A stretch of 64,000 nt of DNA from Octopus sinensis (GCF_006345805.1 NC_043002.1:29016001-29080000), one strand, 5' to 3'; shown: positions 1 through 13,087, counted from the first letter of the stretch. A program made the numbers and translations. The notes: generated from the sequence alone by a model not told the origin.

Positions 1-123
1 CGTTTCGATGCCCGGTCAGTTCACTATTTAGCAGATTTTTCGCCTACCTCTGCGTCTCCCGCAACACGTCGACATCATTGAGTTACTGCATCAACTTTTA
101 GTGTGACATGTTTACCTTCTTAG

Positions 124-224
124 TAACGAAATGCCAAATAGATGAGAGATCTTCCAGGTGTGATAACTATCAGTTATATCATGTCAGTCAAGTTGTTCTG
201 ACTTTCCATGGGAAAGAGCAGCTT
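124..224 (+). CDS. Possible internal exon of an unidentified gene
   Basis: Acceptor tttaccttcttAG (122-123) and donor CTT|gtaaga (225). Only one frame is open: [33 protein letters not shown]. No recognisable homology. Confidence 0.3.
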
Positions 225-271
225 GTAAGAGAATGCGTTCAAGTGTCTTCACACACACATACACATACATA

Positions 272-325
<54 letters not shown>

Positions 326-361
326 AAGACACACACATTTACACATACATACATATATATG

Positions 362-417
<56 letters not shown>

Positions 418-557
418 TGTGTGTGTGTGTATGTGTGTGTGTTTACTTGTGATTGAGACAAATCTACTCGTTCTGTATTTTTCGTGTAGGTTTCTTGTCA
501 GAAAACACTGGACATCCTTTCAAATTATCAATCCCTCTCTCCTAGTTTTGAGACTAG

Positions 558-608
558 CTTATCGAACGAGAAGCCCCTGACGAGTTCAAATGCTTTGGGA
601 ATGGTCAT
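558..608 (+). CDS. Possible 51-nt phase-0/0 exon
   Basis: AG at 556-557 after a pyrimidine tract, donor CAT|gtaagg at 609. Reads LIEREAPDEFKCFGNGH, in frame with the candidates at 124-224 and 920+. An alternative acceptor at 488-489 gives a different frame that ends in a stop. Confidence 0.22.
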
Positions 609-919
609 GTAAGGATCTAATTCCCAATCTCTCAATCACTTAGTAATACTATATATTTTCAGTTAGCAATTTTCTGCGGCTGGATATTTAGTGTATAATA
701 TATTTGACTCTGTTTTGTTGTGTTTATAATTTTGCTTTTATTTTATACTCACTGGATCTCATACAATCTATATGTCATTTACTTCTCTCTTCTTTTTTTT
801 TTGCTTTCATCTTTTTTTCCATATTGATACATTTCTTATTCTTTGATACGTTACTGTTATGATGTCATTATGTTTTTATTTGAAAGGAAAATATTTCCTT
901 AATTTTTATCTCTTTGTAG

Positions 920-1060
920 GTAAATGAGGAACTAAAGGGTGAAATTGAAGCTCATTTAGTTCCTTTATTTAACAATGTCCATAAGTCTCCTGAATGTCAT
1001 GCTCTTCATTTCATATTGATTTCTACCCTCATAATTCATTTGGTGCTCAAACTTTTGCAT
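920..1060 (+). CDS. Possible exon, 3' end undefined
   Basis: Strong acceptor aatttttatctctttgtAG (918-919). Phase 0 reads VNEELKGEIEAHLVPLFNNVHKSPECHALHF and stays open into the downstream SINE. No clear donor. Confidence 0.22.
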
Positions 1061-1065
1061 TACTC

Positions 1066-1280
1066 ATTTCTTTATTGCACACAAGGGGCTAAACAAGGAC
1101 AGACAAAGAGATTAAGTCGATTACATCGACTCCAGTACGTAACTGGCACTTAGTTTATCGACCCCGAAAGGATGAACGGTAAAGTCGACCTCGGCGGAAT
1201 TTGAAGTCAGAACGTAACGGCACACAAAATACCGCTAAATATTTCGCCCTGCGTGCTAACGTTTCCCCCAGTTTGCCGCC
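1066..1280 (-). mobile_element. tRNA-derived SINE, family A
   Basis: Minus strand reads GGCGGC..CTGG head, TTCAAATTCCGCCGAGGTCGAC core and TTTAGCCCCTTGTG..AATAAAGAAAT tail. About 10 related copies in the window. Confidence 0.85.
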
Positions 1281-1298
1281 CTTTTTTTAAATTTTTAC

Positions 1299-1344
1299 TT
1301 CCCTGGCGGGGAATCGAACCCCGGTCTCCCGCGTGACAGGCGGG
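1299..1344 (-). pseudogene. 5'-truncated tRNA-Asp(GTC) fragment
   Basis: Minus strand CCCGC-CTGTCAC-GCGGG (anticodon arm, GTC), AGAC, CGGGG-TTCGATT-CCCCG (T arm), CCAGGGAA (3' acceptor strand). The D arm and 5' acceptor strand are absent. Confidence 0.85.
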
Positions 1345-2522
1345 TATAAACTTTTGCATGCCATGTTTTGGAATGAAAAGAAAACTAAATTCATGAAACA
1401 GAAGATAATTGTACTCAGTGGGTTTGAATTCAAATTTCCTAATTTTATCCCATCCAACGAATCACTTTTTATAGATATCTGTCTGCTATTTATTTATTTA
1501 TTTTTTAAAGAAATTATTAAAGAATGAGATATACATGCAACGAAACTAAACTCGAAACAGGCACATTACTTCTAATGCTTCCTGGCCACTAATAACACAT
1601 TGTACTATTCATAATCTTATCCCAACTGGGATTTCTTTTTGAAAACATTTAAATTATAAATATTGTTCCTGTTTTGAATATCTTATTTTCTTAGAAAAAT
1701 CATGAAACCTTTACACACCCAGCGCTCCCCTCATGATATCTGTCACCCCTTAGGAGATCATGACACTACAAGGAACACTAGCGCACCAGGAAAAATAACT
1801 ACTGGTTTTGCAGGAGTGGGAGATATTAACTCCGATATAAAATTTTTCCTATTTGTGAAATACAAACACACAAAACTTTATGGAAATTAATAAATTTCAA
1901 TTAATTATGAGCTTCGAAGTAGCTCATATTTAATACGTTTTAATAATATTTTATACTGATCTTATGAACCGGGCATAATTTTTGTTTGCTTTAAATAGCT
2001 ACTTTATGTGGACGAAAAATCTTGCTTTAATCGGTAATAAATTTAGGTTTCCATTTAGTCAGAATATTCCCGAAATTTGTATAACTGTATAACAATTGTG
2101 TATAACTGCTTATATTGTGTTTCGGCGGATTAAATTTACAGAAAAAACCCATTTAGATTAACCTGTGTATACATAGTGAAGAAAATAGTTATTTAACCAG
2201 TTATACATTTTGCATGCTTGCATATATACATGCAACAATACACATATAATCACACACATAAACTCACTTAAACACGCAACGAAAATTTTAGAAAAAAAAG
2301 AAATAAGTGGAAATATATATATATATATATTGTATATAGGCATTTTATCTGTCTTCCTAACTCACTCTTTGTTTTATTTTTTTCTGAAGAATAAACTTCT
2401 GAAACGTTAAAAAGTATTCTCTTTCCATAAAAGACTTAAGAAATACGTCCCTCCCATGTCCCTTCATTGTTTATTGTATATACACTAAATGCATACAAAT
2501 ATATATATGCATATATATATAT

Positions 2523-2592
<70 letters not shown>

Positions 2593-3307
2593 ATATATAC
2601 ATATACGTATACTTACGTATGCACTCACATTCACTCACCTCCACAAATATACTTATACCGATGTGTGTCTGTGTGTGCGAGCGTGAGTGAGTAAGTGAAT
2701 GTACGATTTGTTTCTATGTAAGTATCCATGGTAAATTTAGTTGAGATGCCGAATAGTTCTCGAACAGTCTGATATAAGTCATATGTGTCATGTGGTTAAA
2801 TATAGCATTCTAACCCAAATTCCATGCTTGGCTTTATTAAGATGGAAGCTAATTAATGGCATACCAAACAATATGTTTGAAGGCGAATCATGTTCTTATA
2901 TTTCATTTTCATTTATAGCCACAATCTCACTTTTTGGATGACACAAGACGAAGAGCTTCTTCAAAATAGCTGTCACTTCTCATAAATTATATTTTTACTT
3001 GCGGGAATTCACAAATTTATACATTTTATTTCTTATTTTAATGTTGAGTGTGTGATGAAGTAAAATGTGGTTTTTATTTTTAAAATCAATTCCCTTCTGT
3101 TAAACACAACAAAAACATTGCACTGTTCACTTCTCTACAAATGCTGGCCTTATACAGAAATACCAGTTTGTATTTCTCTACCAGACACCATAAAGGAACT
3201 TTTTAACTAAAAAAAGCTGGTTGTTATATTTTTTGATTTCTCTGACACAAAACGTGGTCTCTTTTTATCAGAACTGTCGTTAATAAACTAATAAATTTTC
3301 TCTCTGA

Positions 3308-3612
3308 TGACGAGAAGGGTTCCAGCTGATGCGATAAACGGAACAGCCTCCTTATGAACGTTAACGTGCAAGTAACTAAGCAATCAACAGACATGTGTAA
3401 CGTTAATGTAGTTCTCAGAGAGATTCAGCATAACACAGAAGGTGAAAAAGTTGGCCCTTTGAAACACATGCACGACTCATTTTCGCCAGCTGAGTGAACC
3501 TGAGCGACATGAAATAAAGCGTCTTGCTCAACGACACAACACATGCTGAAAATCGAACTTATGATCTTATGATCGTGAGCTGAATACTGTAACCACTAAG
3601 CCACGCGCCTTT
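3308..3612 (-). mobile_element. tRNA-derived SINE, family C (diverged)
   Basis: Minus-strand head GGCGCGTGGCTTAGTGGTTA, central TGTGTCGTTGAGCAAGACGC motif, and a tail homologous to 13330-13456. Confidence 0.8.
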
Positions 3613-3641
3613 ACTGTACAAGGTTTAGAAATATTTCGAGC

Positions 3642-3832
3642 CCGAAAAAGCCGGTCCAGACTAGTCGAAACGGATCCGACTGATCCAAACTGGAACAAAC
3701 CGGTCCCGACCGAATCAGCCCGGTCGAAACCGGTTCAGACCATTTCAGACCAACAGAAACTGGATCAGATTGGTTTAGACTGGACCAAACCGGATCAGAC
3801 TGGTTAAAACCGGATCATAGTGGTCATAACCA
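3642..3832. repeat. Degenerate 10/20-bp minisatellite (consensus ~AACCGGATCAGACTGGTCAA)
   Basis: Repeated ACCGG/ACTGG/ATCAG units visible by eye. Confidence 0.7.
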
Positions 3833-3904
3833 TCAAACATTTTCATCAGAAACCTTCATATATCTTAATCAAACATTTTCATTGAATATTCTCATCAAAT
3901 ATAT

Positions 3905-4552
3905 TCGTCAAACATCTGTGGATCTTGGAACGAGACTGGCACATTGTGGCAGTATGACCCAGGTTGGCACAGGAAATGGAGGTACGGCCAAATTGTAAAC
4001 AGGAATCTGTGCCAGAAATGGAGATTTGAAGATGGAAACACATTATACAATCATCGAGTCGAATGAGTACTAGAGTAATAGAAATGTAAGATTTTGTGGG
4101 ACTTAACTATTCAAGCGGACGAGAAATTAGAAAATAATAGACCGGATATAACGATTGTAGATGAGGAAAAACGAATTTGCTTACTTATCGACCCATTCTG
4201 CCCGTTTGATTCCAGGATCGTAAAAAAAAAACAAGGGAAGAAAGATAAAGAAAATACAATCTCTTAAAATTTGAAATAGGAAGAACTTGGAATATGCGAA
4301 CAGTAAATGTCGTACCTGTAATAATTAGTGCGTAGGGAACAGTGAGCCAAGATAGACAAATGGCTGAAGGAGATTGAAATAGAAGGCCCGGTAGAGCTCC
4401 TATAGAAAGTTTGCCTCTTAGGGACAGCAAGTATTATAACTTGAAAGACTGCCGGAAACGTGTGGATACCTAAGGTCACATGTAGTAGTCCATTACCCAC
4501 ATTAATCCTACAAGGAATAAGACCGAACCTGAGCCAAACCAAAATAATGATA
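3905..4552 (+). mobile_element. R4/Dong-clade non-LTR retrotransposon, 3' end (zinc knuckle and restriction-like endonuclease), decayed
   Basis: Translates HIVA..PRLAQ, then KCKILWDLTIQADEKLENNRPDITIVDEEKRICLLIDPFCPFDSRI, then VVPVIISA and KVCLLGTA, with stops. Ends in a TAATGA/TAA tail. Confidence 0.85.
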
Positions 4553-4554
4553 AT

Positions 4555-4767
4555 GATTTAAAATTTTGGCATAATGCCAGCAATTTCGGGAAGGGGATAA
4601 GTCGAGTACATCAGCCACAGTATCTAGCTGATACTTATCTTATCGACCCCGGAATAACGAAAGGCAATGTCATCCATGGCGGCTTTTGAACTCAGAATGT
4701 TAAGATGGGCGATATACCGCTAAGTATTTTGTCCGGCTTGCTTAACGATTCTTCTAGCTCGCCTCCT

Positions 4768-4808
<41 letters not shown>

Positions 4809-5868
4809 ACACCACCAATAATAACGACAACGATGACGATGATGATGGTTTCAAAGTTTGGCACAAGACAGCTAGTTTAGAGAAGTGGGTAGTCAATTTC
4901 AACAACACCATTAGAACGACCACCACGACCACAACTACAACCACCACCACCACCACCACTATCAACAACAACAACAATAATAATCCAAGGTCTGAAATTA
5001 TGAGGAAGGCATTAGTTGGTTATATCGACTCCAGTGTTTTACTGGTACTTGTTTTATAGACCCTGAGAGAATGAAAGGTAAAATCGACCTCAGCGGAATT
5101 TGAACTCACTACGCAAGGACAGTTGAAATGCCGGTAAGTATTTTGCCCGACGGGCTAACGATTCTGCCAGCTCGCCGCCGCAACACTAATACCGATACCA
5201 ACTACTATTACTACAGCAACAAGAACAACAGCAAGAAGAAGAATTAGAAGAAATAGAAGAAAAAGAACAACAACAACAATAATAATTATGGTTTCAAATT
5301 TTGCCACAAGGGGAACAATTTTGGGGAAGAGGATGAGACGATTACATCGAACCCAGTGTTATACTGGTACTTATTTCATCGAGCCTGAAAGGATGAATAG
5401 CAAAGTCAACTTCGGCAGAACTTGAACTCAGAACGGTCGAAAGACCGCTTAGCATTTCGTCCAACGTGCTAACGATTCTGCCAGGTCCCCAATAATAATA
5501 ATGATTCTTTCTACTAGTGGATGGTCGATTACATCGAACCCCAGTTCACAAGTGGGATTTATTTTATCGACCCCCAAAATGATGAAAGGGAAAGTCGACC
5601 TCGGCGGAATTTGAACTCAGAACATAGCGACAGACGAAATACCTATTTCTTTACTACCCACAAGGGGCTAAACACAGAGAGGACAAACAAGGACAGACAA
5701 ACGGATTAAGTCGATTACATCGACCCCAATGCGTAACTGGTACTTGATTTATCGACTCCGAAAGGATGAAAGGTAAAGTCGACCTCGGCGGAATTTGAAC
5801 TCAGAACGTAACGGCAGACGAAATACGGCTACGCATTTCGCCCGGCGTGCCAACGATTCTGCCAGCTC
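4555..5868 (-). mobile_element. Cluster of five family-A SINEs plus a tail fragment, all minus strand (4555-4768, 4847-4910, 4986-5179, 5289-5490, 5505-5643, 5644-5868)
   Basis: Repeated GGAATTTGAACTCAGAAC / TTATCGACCCC cores separated by (TAC)n, (AAC)n and (AAT)n tracts. Confidence 0.85.
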
Positions 5869-5979
5869 AACAACAACAACAATAATGATAACAACTACAA
5901 CAACAACAACAGCAGCAGCAGCAGCGGCGGCGGCGGCGGCAACAACAATAACAAGACGATGACGACGATGCTAACGTTT

Positions 5980-7742
5980 TCGCTGTTTAGCTTCAAACCT
6001 GAACCAGCAGACTTTTAACCTAAGTTACTCTTATAATTTTCTTTGGCTCTTTTGTTAAAGATAGTTGGGTATATAAATTATGGAAAATTCGGTTGCTATA
6101 CTCAGCAAGTCTTGAGAGCGCTTCGGCTTGTCCTCCTTGACTTAGCAACGACATTATTATTAACAACAATTATGATAAGGTTAGCGGTTATATATAGTAT
6201 AGTATGGTGAGAACAATAACCGCAATACCGACTGCATTCTGTTGTTTTTAAGTTATGCTAATGTATGCATAAGCCATATCTATTGTCAGTTTTTGGTAGT
6301 ATTAAAGCAACCTTAGTTTGTCTTCCTCAACCAGACGACCTAATACAGCTCTGATTGAAGTCCCTTATTCTGATACACGTCTGTGCGTGTATGTGTATGT
6401 ACGTGTGTGTGTGTGTATGTGTATGTGTGTGTGTGTGTATGTGTATGTGCGTGTGTGTGTGTGTATGTGTATACCCATATGTATACACACATGTATACAA
6501 ACACAAATACACACACGTGTATCTGTGTGTCTGACTATGTCTCTGTGTAGGTGGGGGGGGCATTTATATTTTTATTGTATTCCTTCCAGAATTAATTACC
6601 GTAGCTCCTTCATCATTGCTATTGTTGTTGAAGTTCTTATTGTAGTTCTTTTTGTCATTTTTGTAGTTGTTGACGTTTTGCAGACCAATGATCAAAGTTA
6701 TTCCAGCCGTGACCATTCCGTCTTTTGATGTATATCTATGACACCATTTTCCAATAAACACTTTGCATTTTTTTGTCAAATGGCAGGATGTAATATGAGT
6801 GAGGTTGGACTGTTATTTCTAAAAACTCGCGTGACTGTTTCTTCATTATTATTTTCGTCATTGTTGCTTTTCTTGCGAATGTTATTGTTGCTGGTGTTAA
6901 TATTGTTGTTGTAGATGTTTAACCCATGTCAACTCAAACCTCACTGACGTTCCAACCGTGACCATACTGTCCTTTGTTGGATATCTATGACAAGATTAAC
7001 TAATAAGACCATTTCTTATTTTTGTAAACTGACAAAAATATTTTTGTAAATGATGTGATTTAAGGTAGATTTGACTGTTGCGGCACCTTGGGCAAGTATC
7101 TTCTACTATAGCCTCGGGCCGACCAAAGCCTTACGAGTGTATTTGGTAGACGGAAACTGAAAGTAGCCCGTCGCATATATGTATGAACACACCAGCATCG
7201 GTTGTCAAGCGATGTTGGGGGGACAAACACAGACACACAATCATAAATACACACACACACACACACACACATCGCTTGACAACCGATGCTGGTGTGTTTA
7301 CATCCCCGTAACTTAGCGGTTCGGCAAAAATGACTGATAGACTAAGTACTAGAATAAGTACTAGGCTTACAAAGAGTAAGTCCTGGTGTCGATTTGCTCG
7401 ACTAAAGGCGGTGCTCCAGCATGGCCACAGTCAAATGACTGAAACAAGTAAAACAGTAAAAGAGTATCGTAGAGCAACGGCGTAAACGAATCCCCTGTTT
7501 CTTCATTGTTGTTGCTACTGCTGTTGCTGTTGCTGTAGTTGTTCGCGACGTTTAGCCCAGATGAACCCGGATCTCGCAGACTGAGGATCAAAAACGTTCT
7601 TGCCGTGACCATTCCGTCTTTTGGTGAATTTCTACGACGAAATGATAAAATAGTCCTCTTTTCTTATCTTTGCAAAATGGCAGCCTGATTTCAAAGTGAT
7701 TTGACTACTGTTATTTCTATTAGCTTGAGCGACCGCGTCAGT
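5980..7742 (+). repeat. Four copies of a short interspersed repeat, family D (5980-6145, 6672-6832, 6917-7040, 7550-7742)
   Basis: Shared TTTAGCCC head, CCGTGACCATTCCGTCTTT core and CTGTTATTTCTA tail, usually following GTT-rich or GAC/GAT-rich triplet tracts. Confidence 0.6.
7078..7465 (+). mobile_element. SINE family B, 5'-truncated, with internal inversion
   Basis: GGCACCTTGGGCAAGT..GGCCGACCAAAGCC..CTTGACAACCGATGCTGG..CAGTCAAATGACTGAAACAAGTAAAA. The segment 7186-7268 is inverted relative to the copy at 13695-14078. Confidence 0.85.
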
Positions 7743-8689
7743 TCGTTGTTGATATCATTACTGTTTTTGTTAGTGTTGTTGTCGTGTTGGTGATGCTGAT
7801 GATGTTAATAGTGAAAATGACAGTGATGATGCTAACTTTATTAAAGATGGTAGCAGAGTTGAGATGTTGGTCGCGTCCGAAGTAACTGCTGACTAGACAC
7901 ATCCCCTCCGTGCCATCAAAACTCAGTTTCATTGTGACATGCATTGATGGTCGCTTTTATAATATTGTTTAGTTTTACACCGTTCTGCTTTCATCAATAT
8001 AAATCAAATTAACTATATTTGAGTTCTTATTTGAAATAAAAAAAAAGAACTATAAAAAATAAAATTTCAATCAGCAAGACGCACGTGGGTGGTGGTAATT
8101 ATGGAGGAATTGGAGAGTGTGAGAGGTGAAGGAGAAGTAGAGAGAGTGAGAAAGAGAGAAGGGAGAGTAGTTATAGCGGGAGAGACAGAAAGAAGGGGAG
8201 GGGAGGGAAGGGAAGGGGGAAAGCAGTCGTCATAAATCAGCAGAAAGATACGCTCACCCTCTTTACCCCTTCCACCTTGTACCCCGCTGGTTCATCTCAC
8301 ATCTCGCCATATTGCAACTTCTTCTTTATCTCTCACCTCTTACTCCACCTCCTGCTCACTTAAAATGAAGTAAAGGTTAAAATAAACCGTCTGAAATAAA
8401 ATCGTAAAAGAAAATTAAAAAAAAGAAAATGGAGAAAAAGGAAAATTGGTGAAAGACAGAATCTGGGAAAAGTGGTAAAGGAGATGGGCGTGGGGGAAAA
8501 CAAGAGGAAGGTGGAGGGTTAAATGTGAGGGTGGAAGAGGTCAAAATTAAAAAAGAAGAAATAAAACATGTAAGTGGAAGAAGTGCAAATGAAGACCTGG
8601 AGTGGATCTTGTAAGGGTAGTAGTAGCTTTGAAATACGGTGTTGGCACGGAGGCGGCTGGGTGTGGCATTGCTGATGTAATAGTAACGC

Positions 8690-8721
8690 TGACGATAATG
8701 ATGATGATGATGATGATGATG

Positions 8722-8774
<53 letters not shown>

Positions 8775-8875
8775 GTGGTGATGATGATGATGATGATGAT
8801 GGTGGTGGTAATGATGATGATGATGACGATGATGGTGTTAATGAGGATGATGATGATGATAAAGACAACGGCGAC

Positions 8876-8914
<39 letters not shown>

Positions 8915-9572
8915 ATGATGATGATGATGACAACAATGATGATGATGATGATGATGGAGTTGATTATGAGGACGACTACGCCGACAACGATGACCACGAC
9001 GACGACGATGATGACGTTGATAATGGCGATGAGGTTAATCGTAATAGAATTTATGATGGCTGGTTGAGATTCTAGAGGGTATCTACAAGGATATCGCAAG
9101 GGTTGATGGTGATGGTGGTCGTGGTGGTGGTGGCGGGTGGCTGTTTGTACTGGTGTACAGGATTACAGAAATAATCCGAGGTGGATGCGGTGGTTTTCAT
9201 GTTTGCCGTGTTCATAATGTTGCTGATGGAATGGTGGTAGTGGTGGTGCTGGTGTCGATGTTTGTAGCGATGGCGGTTGTGATGTTTGTAGTATCTGCGA
9301 TGGTGGCGACGTTGTTGATGACAGTCGAACTGAGTGTAATACTAGTGATGATGGTGGAACGAGTGGAAGTGATGTGGTGTGGTGTGGTGATGTTGGTGGT
9401 TATAGTAGCGTGTGTATAGGTTGTAGTACATTTCATACTGAGGTGTGATGAAGATGTTAGCCATCAAGCGAGGTGTGAGTGACGGTAGCAATGCGTGCAC
9501 TGAGCGCTAGTGTGTGCATGCGGGTGCGTACGTGTTGTTTGCACTGCCATAGTAGTAGTATTCGTAGTAGTC

Positions 9573-9603
<31 letters not shown>

Positions 9604-9642
9604 CAATAGTAGCTATAATAATAGTAATAGAAGTAGTATTAG

Positions 9643-9675
<33 letters not shown>

Positions 9676-9807
9676 TATTATTATTATATTCATCTATTAT
9701 CATTATTATTATTAGTAGTGGTGGTGGTGATAGTGATGGTGGTTGTGGTAATGGTGGTGATTGTAGTGGTGTTAGTGAGAGTGCTGGTAGCAGCAGCAGC
9801 AGTAGTA

Positions 9808-9847
<40 letters not shown>

Positions 9848-10280
9848 CTTGTACTCTTTTTCTTGTTGTTACTTATCGGGGGGCAAATATTGCGATTCTG
9901 GTCGCAGTTATTGGTGGTGCTGATGCTGGTGTTGGTGTTGGGTGTTGGTAGGAGCGGAGACGGCAATATGGCGAAATTTGGATATAGAATGGTGTGGTGC
10001 TGTTGGCATTGCCTGTTAAACTGACTACAGAAAGAATCCAGATGTCAATTGACTCTTTATCAACTACAGCGCCATTCCATATTCTCATGACATCGTCGTC
10101 GTCATCGTCATCGTCATCATCATCATCATCATCATCACATTTATCATCCTCATCTTCATAATCACCATCCATCTCCTCCTCCCCATCATTATCATCTTCA
10201 TCATCATCATCACTGTCGTCATCGTTGTTGTCGTCCTCATCGTCATCATCGTCACTGTCACCTTTATCATCATCATCATC

Positions 10281-10311
<31 letters not shown>

Positions 10312-10553
10312 ACACACTGCCAAACTAAGTTTATCATTACCTCATCAGCTCCTCCAACTCTTCCAACTCGGACCCCTCCTGCACAACTAACACTATATAC
10401 CAACACCAACATCTCCTTCACTACTACCACCAATACAACCACCACCACCACGACCACCACCACGACCACCACCACCACGACCACTACCACCACGACCACC
10501 ACGACCACGACCACACGACGACCACGACCACGACCACCACCACCACCACCACT

Positions 10554-10585
<32 letters not shown>

Positions 10586-11779
10586 CACCACCCTTAATAA
10601 ATACCATCACTAATATCTTCACAATATTCCACCCAAACTATTATCACTCTATACCCGGACGAAACCGACGCCTCTACATTTTGCACCCAAACCATCACCA
10701 CTCCATATCACCACCGCCACAATCGCTACTACTGCCGCATTCACAATAACCATCACTATTCCACCCTGGCCATTAACGCATCAACACCACTCTAATCCAC
10801 CTAAACCATTATGATGCCATACCCGGACACTATCATCGCAACCATATCACCCTAAACGTTATCAAGTCACCATTACGACGACCACGACGACGACGACCAC
10901 CACCACAACGACCACCACCACTACCACCACGACCAACACGACTGTCACTGTATATTATCACCACCATGAACACACTAATAGCACCACTATCATGGCCGCC
11001 GCAGCCACTACCACCACTGCCGCCACTGCCGCTGCCACTGCCACCGCTACTGTCATCGCCATTGTCGCCGCCTCCACCACCATAATCATCATCGTCACCA
11101 CCACCAACACCATCACTACCAATACCACCAACACCACCATCACCAGCACGAACACCGCACTCACTTAACACGACCACTACAATCACCACCACCACAAACA
11201 TTACCACCATCACCACCATCACCACCACCATCAATGCCATCACCACCACCATCACCCATTCATTTCACCATCTTCTCAGCACAGTACACGCTACAATCGC
11301 CGCCACCACTACATTTTCTGCTGTAACCATTATTGATCAATATTCCACCACCAGCACCATCACCATCACCGCCACACCAGCAGCACCACCGTTGCTCTTT
11401 AACCATTATCGCTCCATCCCACACCACTACCGCCATCACCAACCCAGTTATACCCTAACCATTATCTCTCCTTGCTATAAGATCACCGTTACATTTCCTA
11501 CCTTAACCATATTACTCCATGGCTAAACACCACACAACCGACACCACAACCCCACAATTCCAACCTAAGACACCACCATCCGGCTATGCCACCCTATTCT
11601 TTATCATGCTCCGTAACCACACTATAATATACCCCTCCGCCATCCCCACCACCACTACCATCACAACCACCACTACAGTATGTCACCACACCAACACTAC
11701 CTCCACAACATCCCACCCAAACACGTCCTCACCACACTGTGCCACGCTAGTCATTATCACACTCACATCCTACTCCACC

Positions 11780-11811
<32 letters not shown>

Positions 11812-12260
11812 CAACACCATAAACCTGCAACTAAAAGTCATAGGGTAGATATTTCAGAATAAAAATTCAAATAACAAAACATTCCGAGTTGACTTTAGCT
11901 CTCCACCCCTCACGCTTCAACACCCGTGCTCACCCAGCCACCCGGTACCCTTATTTCAGACTTTAATAATTAGAAGAAATAAGCCTTTAAGTGCTCTGCT
12001 ACAAACACCATCGTCACCTCCAGCGTCACCAGCTGTGTAACCACTATCAACATCATCACCAACAACAACAACTACAACACCATCGCCGTTTCTACATCTA
12101 CGACAGTCAATAGTACTACCACGGCTACCACCATCACCAGCACCAGCACCAGCACTACCGCAATTACCAACACGGCTAATGCCACAACCACCATGGCCCC
12201 CACCACCATCCCCACTATCACCACCACCACTACCATCATCGCTACCACTGCCACGAAAAC
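8690..12260. repeat. 3.6-kb compound trinucleotide low-complexity block
   Basis: (GAT/GGT/TAG/TAA)n up to ~9960, then (CAT/ACC/AAC)n from ~10085. Confidence 0.9.
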
Positions 12261-12424
12261 CCCTACATCGGTCTACATCGCTTTAAAATCTTACAATTGA
12301 GTAGAATATGTCAGCAAGTATTTACAAGTTATCACCCTTTGTTTCATTTTTATAATTGTCTTGGAATACATTTTAAAATATATAATTCAGTCCTGAATTT
12401 TTTGATACAAGAAATTTAATACTA

Positions 12425-12600
12425 TTGTGCAGTACACCAATCAGCTGTCGGTATGCAGGAAGCCTTTTCCTTGACTAGCAGCAAATTGCCTGCATCGGCC
12501 AGTTATTGCATTTGCACCATCGATAGTCACTCCGTAATATTTCAGATAAGAACGTTGTGTATTCCTCCAAACATTATCATTTCTTTCTGGATATACAGAA
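12425..12600 (-). mobile_element. Possible hAT (Buster/Charlie-like) transposase scrap
   Basis: Minus frame YGVTIDGANAITGR..FAA, then after a frameshift VKEKA. Resembles the G-x-x-TDGA-x-x-M-x-G motif of hAT transposases. Confidence 0.35.
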
Positions 12601-12964
12601 TAAATGCATAGCTATTAGTTCACTAATATCTCGCCAGTACTTCTATATGTTGACTATTCACTGATTGCTACTAGAAAATTAGTCTTCAATATAAAAATGA
12701 CTCAGTCGCGATTTTCGGCCAAATATTGAAATAACCAAGATTTTTGTTACATACTCATAAATGAAACAGATAATAAGCGAAAATATTTTTTTAAAGTTTC
12801 TAAGTAATATTTAGTAATTGATTAAATGGTTTGATGAATTTAAAGAAACAATATCAGGTTGGTTTATTGGCACCGCATTTTCCCTTGCAATGCTTTTGCA
12901 AACTACATAGAATAGAAAAGATCTCTCTTGTATGAATGTATATATATGTATGTATGTATCTTTA

Positions 12965-13053
<89 letters not shown>

Positions 13054-13087
13054 AAATATATACACACATATATATATAGAAGTATGT

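Noticed and set aside
1695-3000. Pyrimidine-rich acceptors at 1694 and 2918 followed by short open frames
   Set aside because: No convincing donors or homology. Such acceptors are common in AT-rich DNA.
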